From NCBI GenBank assembly GCA_964016885.1, contig CAXHJY010000275.1:248001-312000 (forward strand): 64,000 bases of DNA, given 5' to 3'. Every line of letters starts with the position of its first letter. Within the stretch, counting starts at the first letter, position 1. Position numbers and translations under genes: made by a program. Source of the DNA: Eledone cirrhosa (lineage: Eukaryota). This document shows positions 38,951-51,590 of the stretch, in pieces. The notes under the pieces were generated by a model. It did not search any database. It was not told where the DNA came from and saw only the letters and a list, made by a program, of their open reading frames with translations.

Positions 38951-41900
38951 ATGCTGTCTCTACGAAGTCATCTACTCCTATCAGTTTATTTTGCCATGAG
39001 ATGCTACAGGCCATCCCAATTGCAAATGTTCCACTCACACAATTATTGGTATATTTATCATTTCACTAGCTTCCACAACATATTTATTTTTACCTTCATT
39101 TTCTTTTCCCATGCTGTCTCTCTACGAAGTCATCTACTCTCTTCCTCTCTCTTACACTATTATTAGTGTTGTTGTATTTATCATTTCGCTGTCTCTACGA
39201 AGTCATCTACTCCTATCTGTTTATTTTGCCATGAGATGCTACAGGCCATGATGGCTACCTTCTCACAATTTCCTTCCCGACCCCTCACACCTCCATAGCC
39301 TATTCGGCTAATCAAACCTCAGCATGCCCCCCCCCCACTACCAACCCCAACAAACCCTGCCATTTCTACTACTACCTAACTCTCTCCTCCCCCGTCCCAG
39401 CCCAACACACCCTGCCATTATTACCACCACCACTGTTCTTCTAGCCCTGATTTTCCTACCGTTATGTATGGATGAGCTGAGAATAAATGGAGCAACTCTG
39501 AATTAATAGATGAAAATGAATATGAATCGGCGAGCTACCAAGCACCCATGTGAAGCTCCAATTCAGAGACAGGCAGCACACACACACCCCTGCAAAAATC
39601 GACCCTTCCCTACGAATGTTGACAAATGCCCAAAACTCAGAGTTGGTACCATCAATGTAAGCACAATGAAAGGAAGAGCAGAAGAAATCGTAGAGATGCT
39701 AGAGCGAAAGGAAATTGATGTATGCTGTGTGCAAAAGACTAGATGGAGAGGAGAGTCTGCTAGAGTCCTTGTAGGAAAAAGTCAGTGCTACAAATTTTTC
39801 TGGGTGGGAAATGACGATGGGATGGGTGGTGTAGGTATACTACTAGCTGACAAGTGGGTAGATAAAGTAATCTCAGTGTACACGGTAAATGCAAGAATCA
39901 TTAAACTCAGACTAGTCCTAAATAAAACAATTACCACAATAATATCAGCTTACGCACCCCAATCGGGGTTGCCAGATGAACTTAAGGATAGATTTTACGA
40001 GTCCCTAATGCACACTACTGCTCTAACAAACGACAATGACTTCCTAATCATCGCAGGAGATTTTAACGGACACGTAGGTAAACACTGTGACGGCTTCAAT
40101 AGAGTCCATGGAGGCCATGGGGTTGGCACAAGAAATGAAGAAGGATTCAGACTTTTAGAATTCTGCGACGCCAATGACATGTCGATATGTAACACAAACT
40201 TCAAAAAACCCGACAACCACCTGATCACCTATAGATCAGGGGAGCACTCTAGTCAGATAGATTTTATCCTCGTCAGAGGACGTGACAGATGGACGGTCGC
40301 AAACACAAAAGCCTTCCCTAGTGAGGAATGTACCTCCCAACATAGCTTAGTTGTCAGAACTAGACGAACCTAGAAACAGAGGCCAGCATGGAGAAGAAAG
40401 ATCTGGAAGCTGAAAGACCCCTCGGCCAGTAACAGATTTAAAGATATTTTACTCAACGCCTACGACAGTAAAGAAGAACAGATAGAGACATTCAATGTAG
40501 AAGAGCACTGGGAGTTCCTAAAATATAACTTACTAGAGGCGACGGATGAGATCTGTGGCTGGAGTAAGACCACAAGCAGGAGGAGAGTGACTTGGTGGTG
40601 GAACAATAAGGTAGATGAGGCAATTAAGGCCAAGAGACAGGCATGGAAAGAATGGAAGAACAGGGGAAGCAGGGTACATTACATAGAGACCAAGAGGGAA
40701 GCTAGGCAACAAGTATACTTAGCTAGGAGGGAAGCAGAGGATAGAAAATTCAAGCATGTTTTGCAATGTGAGGACCAGAAACAGGAGGTGTTCCAGATTG
40801 CGAGGCAGTGTGTTAGAGAGAATTGTGATGTCATTGGAGAGATGTGTATCCGGAATGATAAAGGTGAGATTGCCCTCTCAAGTGCTGAGAAGAAAGATGC
40901 ATGGAAGAGTCATTATGATAGATTACTAAATGAGGAGAATGCATGGGAAGAAGAGACCCTACCCCAAGTAGACCCTATAGAGGGGCTAGCAGTACAAGTC
41001 AGCAGCAGCTTAGTAAGTAAGGCAATCAAAGATATGAAGATGGGGAAGGCAACCAGTCCATCAAGTATAGCTACCGAGATGCTGAAGGCATCTGGGTCTG
41101 TAGATCACACTATAACGACACGTATTGTTAACCAGGTAATACTAGAAGGTGTCATACCAAAAGATTGGTGCAGTAGCATCATTGTCAACTGCTACAAAGG
41201 TAAAGGTGATGCAATAGATAGAGGAAACTATAGAGGTATAAAGTTGATGGACTAGGTCATGAAAGTAACAGAAAGAGTTATAGCACAGTTGATTAGGGTC
41301 CGGGTGAAACTAGATGAGATGCAATTTGGGTTTGTACCAGGAAGAGGCACCACTGATGCCCTCTTCCTTGTGAGGTAGTTACAGGAAAAGTACCTAGCTA
41401 AAAGTAAGCCACTCTACCTGGCATTCGTCGATCTCGAGAAAGCCTTTGACAGAGTTCCACGCGCTATAATCTGGTGGGCTCTTAGAAAACTAGGAGTAGA
41501 TGAATGGCTTGTGTAAGCTGTACAAGCCATGTATAGGGGAGCAGTCAGCAAAGTTAGGATTAGCAATGAGTATAGCGAGGAATTTAGCGTACAGGTTGGT
41601 GTCCACCAGGGCTCTGTTCTTAGCCTTCTCCTGTTCATTATAGTCCTGCAGGCAATAACGGAGGAGTTTAAGACCGGATGCCCATGGGAACTCCTGTATG
41701 CAGATGACCTCGCACTTATAGCTGAATCTATGGTAGAACTAGAGAAGAAATTCCAAACTTGGAAGCAGGGACTAGAAAGGGTCTCAAAGTCAACATGACA
41801 AAGACTAAGGTCCTTGTAAGTAGACAAGAAAACAGAACCCAGATCCCCTCAGGGAAATGGCCTTGCTCAGTATGTAGGAAAGGTGTAGGTAGGAACTCCA

Positions 41901-42957
41901 TTCTCTACCCCAAATGCAAACAATGGGTACACAAGAGATGTAGCGGGATCTCGGGAAGCTTAATTAAGAATGTAGGCTTCACATGTAACAGCTGTGCTGG
42001 GACAGCAAGCAGCAAACAGCCACAGGAAACAAGTACCACCAATCTCTGGGTGGGCTCTGTAGAAACAGTTGACAGCCTCTGCTACCTAGGTGACCGAATT
42101 AGCAGCGGAGGTGGGTATTCAAAAAGTACAATAACTAGGGTAAGAACGGGAGGAAGAGGTTCGGGGAGCTACTGCCACTGCTAGCTGCAAAAGGCTTTTC
42201 CCTCAAAATGAAAGGCAGACTGTATGATGCGTGTATCCGAACAGCAGTGTTACATGGAAGTGAGACCTGGGCACTGTCTGTGGAAGACTTAAGTAGATTA
42301 GAAAGAAACGAAGCCTGCATGCTCCGATGGTTGTGTAATAGTAATATACGCGAACGGCAAAGTATAAACGAATTGAGAGAGAGACTGAGCATAAGAGGAA
42401 TCAAATGCTGTGTGCAGGAGAGGCGGTTGTGTTGGTATGAACATGTGATGCGTATGAAGGATGACAGCTGCATAAAAAGGTGCAGAGCACTAGAAGTCAA
42501 TGGAAACCGCGGAGTGGGGAGACCCAAGAAGTCCTGGGATGAGGTGATAAAAGTCGACCTTACCAAATTGCACCTCTCAAAGGTGATGAAACACGACCGT
42601 GACCTCTGGCGTCACGCAGTAATACAGAGTACCCGACCTCCCATGGGTACAAGCTGAAGCATATAGACAATATGCCCCCACACTCTCCCACTGCAAAGTG
42701 GTCGTGGAGGTGCCACGGCAAAAAAGCACCCAGCCCACACTGTAAAGTGGACGTGTAGGCGCCACGGAAAAAAGCACCCAGCACTCACTGTAAATGAGGG
42801 TGGTGTTAGGAAGAGCATCCAGTTGTAGAAATCAAGCCAAAATCAGTTCCTGTATGAACAAGGCATGGTCAGCCGACCAGACACTGCCCACAACAGGACA
42901 ACCCGTCTAACCCGTGCTAGCATGGAAGAACGGACATAAAATGGTGATGATGATGAT
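38951..42957 (+). mobile_element. Near full-length, inactivated RTE-clade LINE (APE endonuclease, RT, PHD-like Zn finger)
   Basis: APE motifs GTINV, AYAPQ, AGDFNGHVG, SQIDFIL (39510-40373); RT motifs NYRGI, FVDLEKAFDRV, GVHQGS, LLYADD; several stops and frameshifts; 3' tail ATGGTGATGATGATGAT. Confidence 0.95.
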
Positions 42958-43011
42958 TAATGTAAATGTTATGTGAGGTAAAACCTTTACTGTGAAAATA
43001 CAATAGTATAT

Positions 43012-45993
43012 CATCATCATCATCATCATCATCAGGTTTAGCGTCCGTGTTCCACGCTTGCATGGGTTTGGACGGGGGTTTTCCCACTTGAGGCAAGAGT
43101 GGTTGTCTTGCTCGCATAGGACTGTCTGGCGGGTTTTCTACAGTTGGATGCCCTTCCTAACACCAACCACATTTACAGTGTGGGGCTGGGAGGTTTTTAC
43201 CGTGTTGCCTACATGGCCACATTACAGCGTGGACTGTCTGGCGGGTTTTCTACAGCTGGATGCCCTTCCTAACACCAACCACATTTACAGTGTGGGGCTG
43301 GGAGGTTTTTACCGTGTTGCCTACACGGCCACATTTACAGCGTGGACTGTGTGTTTTTTGTCGTGACACCTACACGATCTCATTTGTTTCGGCCTGGATG
43401 TTGTGGGACCAACATAACTTTACATTGAAAGGGGCGGTGTGGGTGGGGTGGAGGTGGTGGGACGGGGGTGTGTTTTGATAGAGATGCCTACTGACTGTAG
43501 TAGGTTTTTACTTTGTATTTAGGTAAGGCGGGTCTTCTCTATTACTGAGTACCGCCAAAGGTCTCGGTCCAGTGACATTGTCTTGGAGAGGTGTAAGCGT
43601 GTGAGGTCGGAATTTATCAGCTCGTCCCATGTTTTTCTGGGTCTGCCTACTCCGTGGCTACCGTCTATCTTTATTGCCCTGCACTTTGTTATACAGCTGT
43701 CGTCTTTCATGCGCATCACGTGACCGTACCAACGTAGCCTTCTCTCGAGTAAACAACATCTGATCCCTCTTATTTCTAATTTTTTCCTTAGTTCGTTTAT
43801 GCTTTGCCGTTCACGTATATTACTATTGCACATCCAGCGGAGCATGCAAGCTTTGTTCCTCTCTAGTCTGCGTATATCCTCTGCACACAATGCCCAGGTC
43901 TCACTGCCATGCAGCATTGCTGTTCGTATGCAGGCATCGTATAACCTGCCTTTCATTTTTAGGGAGAACCCTCTAGCGGCTAATAGTGGTATAAGCTCTC
44001 TGAACTTTTTCCATCCAGTTCTGACTCTAGCTACTGTACTTTCAGAGCACCCTCCCCCACTGCTGATTTTGTCACCCAGATAACGGAAGCTGTCCACTAT
44101 TTCTATAGAACCCTCTGCGCAGTTGAAGGAGCTAGTATTTTGTGGGCACTTGCTGCTACTTATTGCACCAGAGCACCGGCCACATGTAAAATCTATGTTC
44201 TTAGTTAGCTTACCTGTGATCCCACTACATCTTTTATGCACCCATACTTTGCATTTGGGACATAAAATGGAGTTTCTACCTACGCCTTTCCTACACACTG
44301 AGCATGGCCATTTCCCCGATGGGACCGCCGCCTTATTTTCTTTCCTACAAACTAGAACTTTAGTCTTAGCCAGGTTAATTTTAAGGCCTTTTGATTCTAG
44401 GCCGTGCTTCCACGTTTGGAATTTCTTCTCTAGTTCGGTCATTGATTCAGCTATGAGCGTTAGATCATCTGCGTATAGGAGTTCCCATGGGCAGCCGGTC
44501 TTGAACTCCTCTGTTATAGCCTGAAGGGCAATAATAAATAGTAGGGGGCTAAGAACAGAGCCCTGATGGACACCAACTTTTACGCTAAACTCTTCACTAT
44601 ATTCGTTGTTAATTCTAACCTTACTGACTGTTTCTTTATACATGGCTTGTATAGCTCTCACAAGCCATTCGTCAACACCTAGTTTTCTAAGAGACCACCA
44701 GATAATGGAACGGGGGACTCTGTCGAAGGCTTTCTCCAAGTCGACGAAAGCTAAGTATAGGGGTTTACTTTTAGCTAGGTACTTCTCCTGTAGTTGTCGT
44801 ACAATGAAAAGAGCGTCTGTGGTACTTTTGCCTGACACAAACCCGAACTGCATTTCATCTAGATCAATTCTCTCTCTGATTAGTTGCGCTATTACTTTTT
44901 CCGTGACCTTCATGACCTGGTCGATTAATTTAATGCCTCTATAGTTACTCCTATCTAGGGCATCTCCTTTTCCCTTATAGCAGTTAACGATGATGCTGCT
45001 ACGCCATTCCTTCGGAACAACCCCATTCTGTACGACTTGGTTAACTATCCGGGTGACCATGGTGTGTCCCACCGAACCAGATGCCTTCAGCATCTCAGCA
45101 ACTATTTCCGAAGGCCCAGCCGCCTTACCCGTCTTCATATCTTTGATTGCCTTACTTATTATACTACCTTCAACTAACACTGCTGGTCCCTCTATTGGAT
45201 CGATCTGGGGGAGACTGTCTTTCTCCCATTTGTTCTCCTCATTTAGAAGCCTTTCGTAGTGACACTTCCAAGCTACCTTCTTATCAGCGTCGGTGATGGC
45301 AAGTATGCCATCATCGTTAAGTACACACTTCTCCCCGACAATATCACGGTTTTCCTTGACACATTGCCTGGCAATCCTGAACACCTCACGTTTTTGGTCC
45401 TCACGTTGTAGAACATGCTTGAACTTTCTTTCCTCTGCTTCCCTTCTTGCGAAGTACACTTGTCTCCTAGCTTCCCTCCTGGCCACTTGATAGTCTTCTC
45501 TACTTCCCCCATCCCGCCATACTTTCCAAGCCTGCTTTTTGGCCTTAATTGACTCCTCCACCTTACTGTTCCACCACCATGTTACTCTCCTCCTACCTAC
45601 AGGCCTGCTCCAGCCACAGACTTCGTCTGCCGCCGTCAGCAGGTTTGCTTTCAGAAATTCCCACTGTTCCTCTATATTATACGACTCTAATTGCTCTTCC
45701 TTACTGTCGAAAGCGTCAAGTAATATGCTTTGAAATTTATTTCTGGCTATGGGGTCCTTTAGCTTCCATATTTTTCTCCTGAGGATAGTCCTCTTCCGCT
45801 GTCTAGTACGTCTCGTCCTGACTATGAGGTCGCTAATTATCAGTCTATGTTGGGAGGTGAATTCTTCATGGGGGTGGGATTTAGTGTTAACAACAGACAC
45901 TCTGTCACGTCTTCTGGTAAGGATATAATCTACCTGGCTTGTGTGTTCCCCCGATCTATAGGTGATCAAGTGATTGTCTCGTTTTTTGAAGTT
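43012..45993 (-). mobile_element. 5'-truncated RTE-clade LINE with an uninterrupted ~820-aa ORF remnant
   Basis: ORF 43519..46077 from NFKKRDNHLITYRSG onward: end of APE, RT (FVDLEKAFDRVP, GVHQGSVLSP, LLYADD), Cys/His finger; (TGA)n tail at 43012-43034. Confidence 0.96.
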
Positions 45994-45994
45994 A

Positions 45995-48900
45995 AGTGAT
46001 TTCTTTATTTGCCACCAGGGCACAAAAGGTAGGGACAGATACAAGGGGGGAAGTTTACATATAATTAACGAGTACAAAAATATAACAATGAAATAACAAC
46101 AACAAACGAAGTCCTCAATAGGGAGGGGGCATTAACATGGGTCGCACACACCCCGGAAAAAATGTGCAACCCTTTTCCTCAGGAGCACAAAGAGCGGGTG
46201 CTTCCCTTGTCTCCTCTTTTTCCTCTTCTTTCACCTACAGGCTGATATAGAGAGAAGACCCATTCACTCTGGCCATTCTCCCTACTTTCACCCACCTTTC
46301 ATAAAACTTGCTGGGGTAGAGCACCTCTCTCTCCATTCTGATCCTTCTTTTAAAATGGTATTTGAAAAAGGGGACCAGTTGTTGGCCGGAGAGAAAGGTG
46401 TCTGACCTCAGCCCTTTCAGCCTCGTCCACCATACAACTTCTTTAACCATGGCTATCACACAGAAAAACCGCCTCTCCTTCGTTTTTGAAAGGGGGAGGC
46501 GGTTTGATCGTGACAATGGACTCGGTGGTCAACCGGATTGGTCCCACCCTCGACAGTAGTCGTTCCACATAGCCCCACAGGTCAGTAATGCCTGGGCAGT
46601 GTACGAATGCGTGTGCAACGGTTTCGTCGTCATGCACGCATCTCGGACAGATCTTATTCAAAGGATCCCTACCCAGGCTCCCATGCCTGTGGAGCTTGTC
46701 TCGAACGGGTAGAGCCCCTCGGTAGCACTGCCAAGCCAGGGACTTTTGGAAGTTGTCCATCGGTCCAGAGCCAAACGTCCTACCGAACAGACTGGCCAGT
46801 TCATCTTCCTCCATCCTAGAGCTTCTCCGAGAGCATCGTCGCACCTGCTGCGTATCAACCCTCTATAGAATGTCGAGGTGGAGTCTCCACTGATTGCCGG
46901 GTCCGCTTTCCAGAGGGCCGTGAGCGCCCGGGCACATTCAATGTGCCAGTCGCCCACTTTTTTCGGTCTTTGCTTGACCCAGGATTGCAGCTCGGTGAGC
47001 GAGACGAGTCTGGGAAAGGCTCGCCTCACAAACGGGGCCCACACCGGTTGACCGGTGAGGAATACCTGGAGGTGCCGTAGCCTTAATGCGTGTTTACGCA
47101 TCTGTAGCCACGGCATCCCCAGCCCTCCTTTCGAAGGGTGTTGACAGCAGATGGATCTCCTCACCAAAGAGATCCGCTTGTTCCAAAGAAATTGGAACAG
47201 CGCGCACTCCATTTTGGCAAGTCTTTTCACTGGGCAAGGCACGACGGTCAAGCGGTAGTAGATGACGGATGCTATATAAGTATTCGCCACCTCCGCTCGA
47301 CCTTTCAGGGATAGTTTGCACTGGGCCCACCTCTGGGTAAGTGCAAACACCCTGGCCGTTACCTCGTTCCAGTTTTTCTCCACCTGGAGGTCTGGTCCGA
47401 ACCAGACCCCAAGCAGCTTCACCGGGCCCTCCGTCCAGCGTCCGACGACGTCATTGGAGGGCATCGGTTTGCCTCTCCATGTTCCGAGTTGCAAACCGAC
47501 GGACTTGTCCCGGTTCAGCTTGGCTCCTGTAAACCTTTCATATTCCTCCAGTAAGGTGCCGATCTCACCGATTTGCGAGGTTTTTCGACACCATTACTGT
47601 CACGTCATCGGCGTAGGCCGACGCCGCTTTCTGCAATCCCGGTTCCAAGGGGATGCCCTGCAACCGCTCCAACTTCCGCAGTAGTGGCTCAAGAGCCAGC
47701 ACATACAGAAGGGAGGAGAGAGGGCATCCCTGTCGGATGGATCGCATGATTTGGAACGGCTCCGAGAGGTGGCCGTTCACCTTGACCCTTGAGCAGACGT
47801 TGCTGCTGTGCATCGCAGCAATCCAACCCCTGAAAACGGGTCCGAAGCCTGCCGCCGCGAGCACCGCATCCAGGTAACGATGGTCAACCCTATCGAAAGC
47901 TTTAGATTGATCCAAGTTGATCAGGGCCCCACCAAAGCCGGGTTCATTCCCTACCCTCTCTATGATGTATCGCATAAGGTGGAGATTGTCGTGAATGGAC
48001 CTGGACGGGATTGCGCATGTCTGCGCTTCTCCCACCAGGTTTCCGACGACAACCTCTTCGCTAACACCTTGGCCAAAATCTTTAACTCTGTATTTAGCAG
48101 AGTTATGGGCCTGAAGTTACGTATGTCATCCCCCTTGTTCTCATCCTTCCTCACCAGCGTAACTACGCCCTTGGTCACAGAACTGGGAATTCTCCCGTTC
48201 TGCTGCCAGTTGCAGTAGACCGCTTCGAGGATATCGGAGAACAAGTCTGGCATCGCTACATATTGCTCGTATGGTAGACCATCGAGACCCGGGGATTTGC
48301 GTTTGCGCATTGGCTCAGCGCCGCCCCTATCTCAGCAGCTGAAATCGGCCTTTCGCAGGACTTCGCCTCCGCGTCCGAGAGGCGCGGCAGACCGTCGAGG
48401 TATGGATTGAAATCCATAGTCTCACCCGGCGCGCCGCCCCTCTCGAACAGTCGTGCAAAGTGCCGCTGAAAGGCCGCACACATCTGCCCAGGTTCAAGGA
48501 TCACACGCCCATCCTGGTCCTTCAAAGACCGAATCGTGGACTTGTTCCCACTTTTTGCCTCTGTCACTCGGGCCCAGCTAACAGCTTTGGCTCCCTCATT
48601 ACCCAGAGCACGTATTTTACTCCTGACAACGCAGCCTTCATGCTTCACCTCAAAGAACTGGTCTAAGGCCATTCTTGATGCCAGCACGCTGGCTACATTG
48701 CCACTCCTAATCGCCTCTTCTACTCTATCTACTAATTCCCTTTCCGTCTTGTTCCTATCCCTTGCTAATTCCTGACGAAAACCTATCGATTCTATTCAAA
48801 TTGCTCTCTTAAGAGAGCTCCACCACCTGTTGTTGACAATTGCCCCTGTCAAACTCTGCTTAACTAACGTGCTAATCCGTTTACTGTAAGCTTTGCTTGT

Positions 48901-51584
48901 CGGTAAGGACAAGTTCAGCTTCCAGTAACCGGGTCCCTGTCTATGGGTTCTATCAAGGTTGGCTATGCAGGTCAGTAACTTGTGATCCGAATAGTCAACC
49001 ATGAACCTTTTTGGACAGCTAAATGTGTCCCTATCCTTCTGCCTAACTAGGTACGACCTAGATGTTCCGCTGCGATTGGTCCACGTCCATAGTGGTACAG
49101 TCGGAAAATCTAGTCGATACCTATCGGCCAGGTCAAATCGGCCGATTAACCTTTTGAGGCTTTTACACCCCCCCCCCTCTATTGGCACATGGCCTTACAT
49201 AGTCCCAACGTGCATCCAGGATACCATTCCAGTCCCCCACTAAAAGCAAGGAGCGGGAAGTTTCCAGACGTTGGAAGTATTCCGGCCGCGCTGCCCAAAA
49301 AGGGGCGTACACAGCAATTAGTCTAAGGGCTCCATTTTCACTACTGCCGACGTCTAAAACCACCAGTCGACCCTCCGGGTCCAGGTGCACCTTCTGTATG
49401 GCGAGGCCCAGGTGTTTTCGCAGCAGAACGACAACTCCACCTCCACCACCCGGTTGACAGAGAGATGCGAAGATCTCAAAGTCATCGAAGAGGGGCGCCA
49501 GTTGGCGCTCGATGCTGATCCTGGACTCGCAAATAGCCATTACATCCATTCTATGCGACCTGAGATCGTTTAAAAGTTTGCCTTGTTTCCAAGACAGTCC
49601 CAGGCCGCGTACATTCAGACACCCAACTCTTATATCAGCCATGTTGGTTAAAAGAGGAAGGACCTACCTGTTCGGCTACTGAGGAGCAGGTTGCACAATA
49701 TCCATGGGCGTATTGGAGGGGTTGTTTGGTGGGGTGTTGTTCTGTGGTGGGGTGGGGGTATTTGGTGAGGTGTGGGTGGGGAAACGTTTCAAGAGGACGC
49801 GGTTATAGGGTCGAGTACATGTTTTCCCCACGCCCTCAGGAAAGTTCTCTCTTAGTTTTGCATAGGTATCCATTGGGAGTCTTATCATTTTTAAATGCGG
49901 TTTGTTGGCCGTGCTTGCAAAGAATTGCCCTTCAGTTTCCACCGAAGGGTCTTTGTGTATTGTTTTTACTAGTTCTTTGTTATTTGTGTTAATGTATGTA
50001 TACTGTTTTATTTGTGTTGTGTTTGTTTGTTGTTCTTGTGTGTGCTTGCGTTTTGTTGTATGTGTTATGTTTTGGGGTGGGGCGGATTTTGTTTGTTCTG
50101 TTTGTTTTGTTTTTGTTGGTGGTTGTGTGTTTGTTTCGTTTATGTTCGAGTGGTGCTTTCTTTTTTTCCTTTTTACAGGTAGGAAGGGTCCCCCCTCTTC
50201 ATCACTAGGTGCCATTTCAGCTGGGTCCTCGTCCGTGCTGTCGGGTAGTGGTGTATTTTGGGGTTTTGTTGTGTGTGTGTGTGTTTTTGGAGTTGTTTTG
50301 GGTGGGGCCGTGTCTTGTGTTATTTTTCCGTGTTGTTTTTGTGGTGGTGGTGGTGGTGGTGGTGGCGGCGGTGGTGGTGGGGTGTAGGCAAAAGAGCCTT
50401 TTTTTTTTGTCAATTGAGGATAGGCATCCCTTAGATGACCCCTGCTTGAACAGTAGTAACATATGGGCCTCCTACTCTCGGCTGAAATGTATATAAATGT
50501 TTCTCCATCGAGGGACACCCTCTGTGGTATTCTAGCTATTCGTTCTGGTCTCATTTGGACCAGAACCTCCACGCTCAAACCGCCGAAAACGTCTGTGGTG
50601 ACTTCTCCTACTGAGAGGATTCCATCCTCGTCTTCTAAAAATCCTGTCAGTACCCAGGAAATGCATGCATTTGGCCGGATTCCGGAGACTCTTATTTTCT
50701 GCGTTCTTTTCCCCAAATATGTGGGGAAAAAATGTGTGTAGCTTGGAAACAATTGGCGACACAGAGTATTTCCTGGCCGTCAATTGATCCTTCATTAGCA
50801 CCGTTATATTCCCATAGAGTGGCCCTTTTTGTATGAACGATATATCACTCCACACATTTTTTAGGACCAGCTCCATTTCTTTTTGGGATAATTGAGCTGG
50901 TTTCCTTGTTATGTTGGAAATTGTTCTGAAAGATATCGTTCTTAGTGTCGTGTCTCTTTTGATTTCTTGTGGGGAGGTGATTATGAAGTCTCCTCCTTCT
51001 TTGAAAGTTACATACTGTTTTGCTTCCTTCATCTTTTCTCTCAGAGTTGTAATGTCCAGTTGCTTGCAGGTCTGTGTTTTCTGGACTGCCTGTGCAAAGG
51101 AGGCACCAGTAGTGGGTTCGCTTTGTTTGTTGTTATCGTTATTTTTTTCTTGGTTGGTGTTGTGACTATTGCTGTTATTGTCATTGTTGTTTTTGTCTGC
51201 GTTTATGTGACTTTCTGGGTTTTCACCCATTTTTACAAATTTTTCTTTTAATTCCGTGTTCCATGTTTCTTTTGCAGAAGTGAGGAGGGAAGACTTAGAG
51301 CCTTGTGCTTCTAGCTTCTCTGTATCACCTTTCTTAGGGGGCGTGGCTTTCTCGTTAGGATGAGATGTGAAAATTCCGTCCATTTCTATCAGTTTGCCGT
51401 AATCAATTTTTAACTGGAAAATTCGCCCCAAAAAGGGGCAAAAATAAATAAACTCAAAGTTTGACGACCAAGGCAAGGGGTTAACGTATATTACAGTATA
51501 AAAAAATTAATCAAAACTCACTTTTGAGTAAGTAAATCCAACTCGGTAGCCAAGCTTGTTCACACACGTCAACACACGTCTCTC
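45995..51584 (-). mobile_element. Near full-length, decayed L1/Tx1-clade LINE (ORF1 with gag-type knuckle; ORF2 APE-RT-Zn finger)
   Basis: ORF1 ~51476-49676 with CYYCSSRGHLRDAY. ORF2 from 49642 (GCLNVRGL, GDWN, SDH, GPGYWKLN, KSPGLDGLP, NFRPITLLN, LDQSKAFDRVDH, QGCPLS, YADD, GGLG, CPRC..ETVAHAFVHC) to 46235, with multiple frameshifts; AATAAA at 46009-46004. Confidence 0.94.
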
Positions 51585-51590
51585 GTATAT

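Noticed and set aside
45994-46077. N-terminus of the 852-aa ORF as a genuine start of an autonomous RTE protein
   Set aside because: The first ~28 codons are chance read-through from the Tx1 3' UTR, and most of the APE domain is missing.
43799-51251. Numerous + strand ORFs overlapping the LINEs
   Set aside because: These are antisense shadows of RTE and Tx1 coding sequence with no independent motifs.
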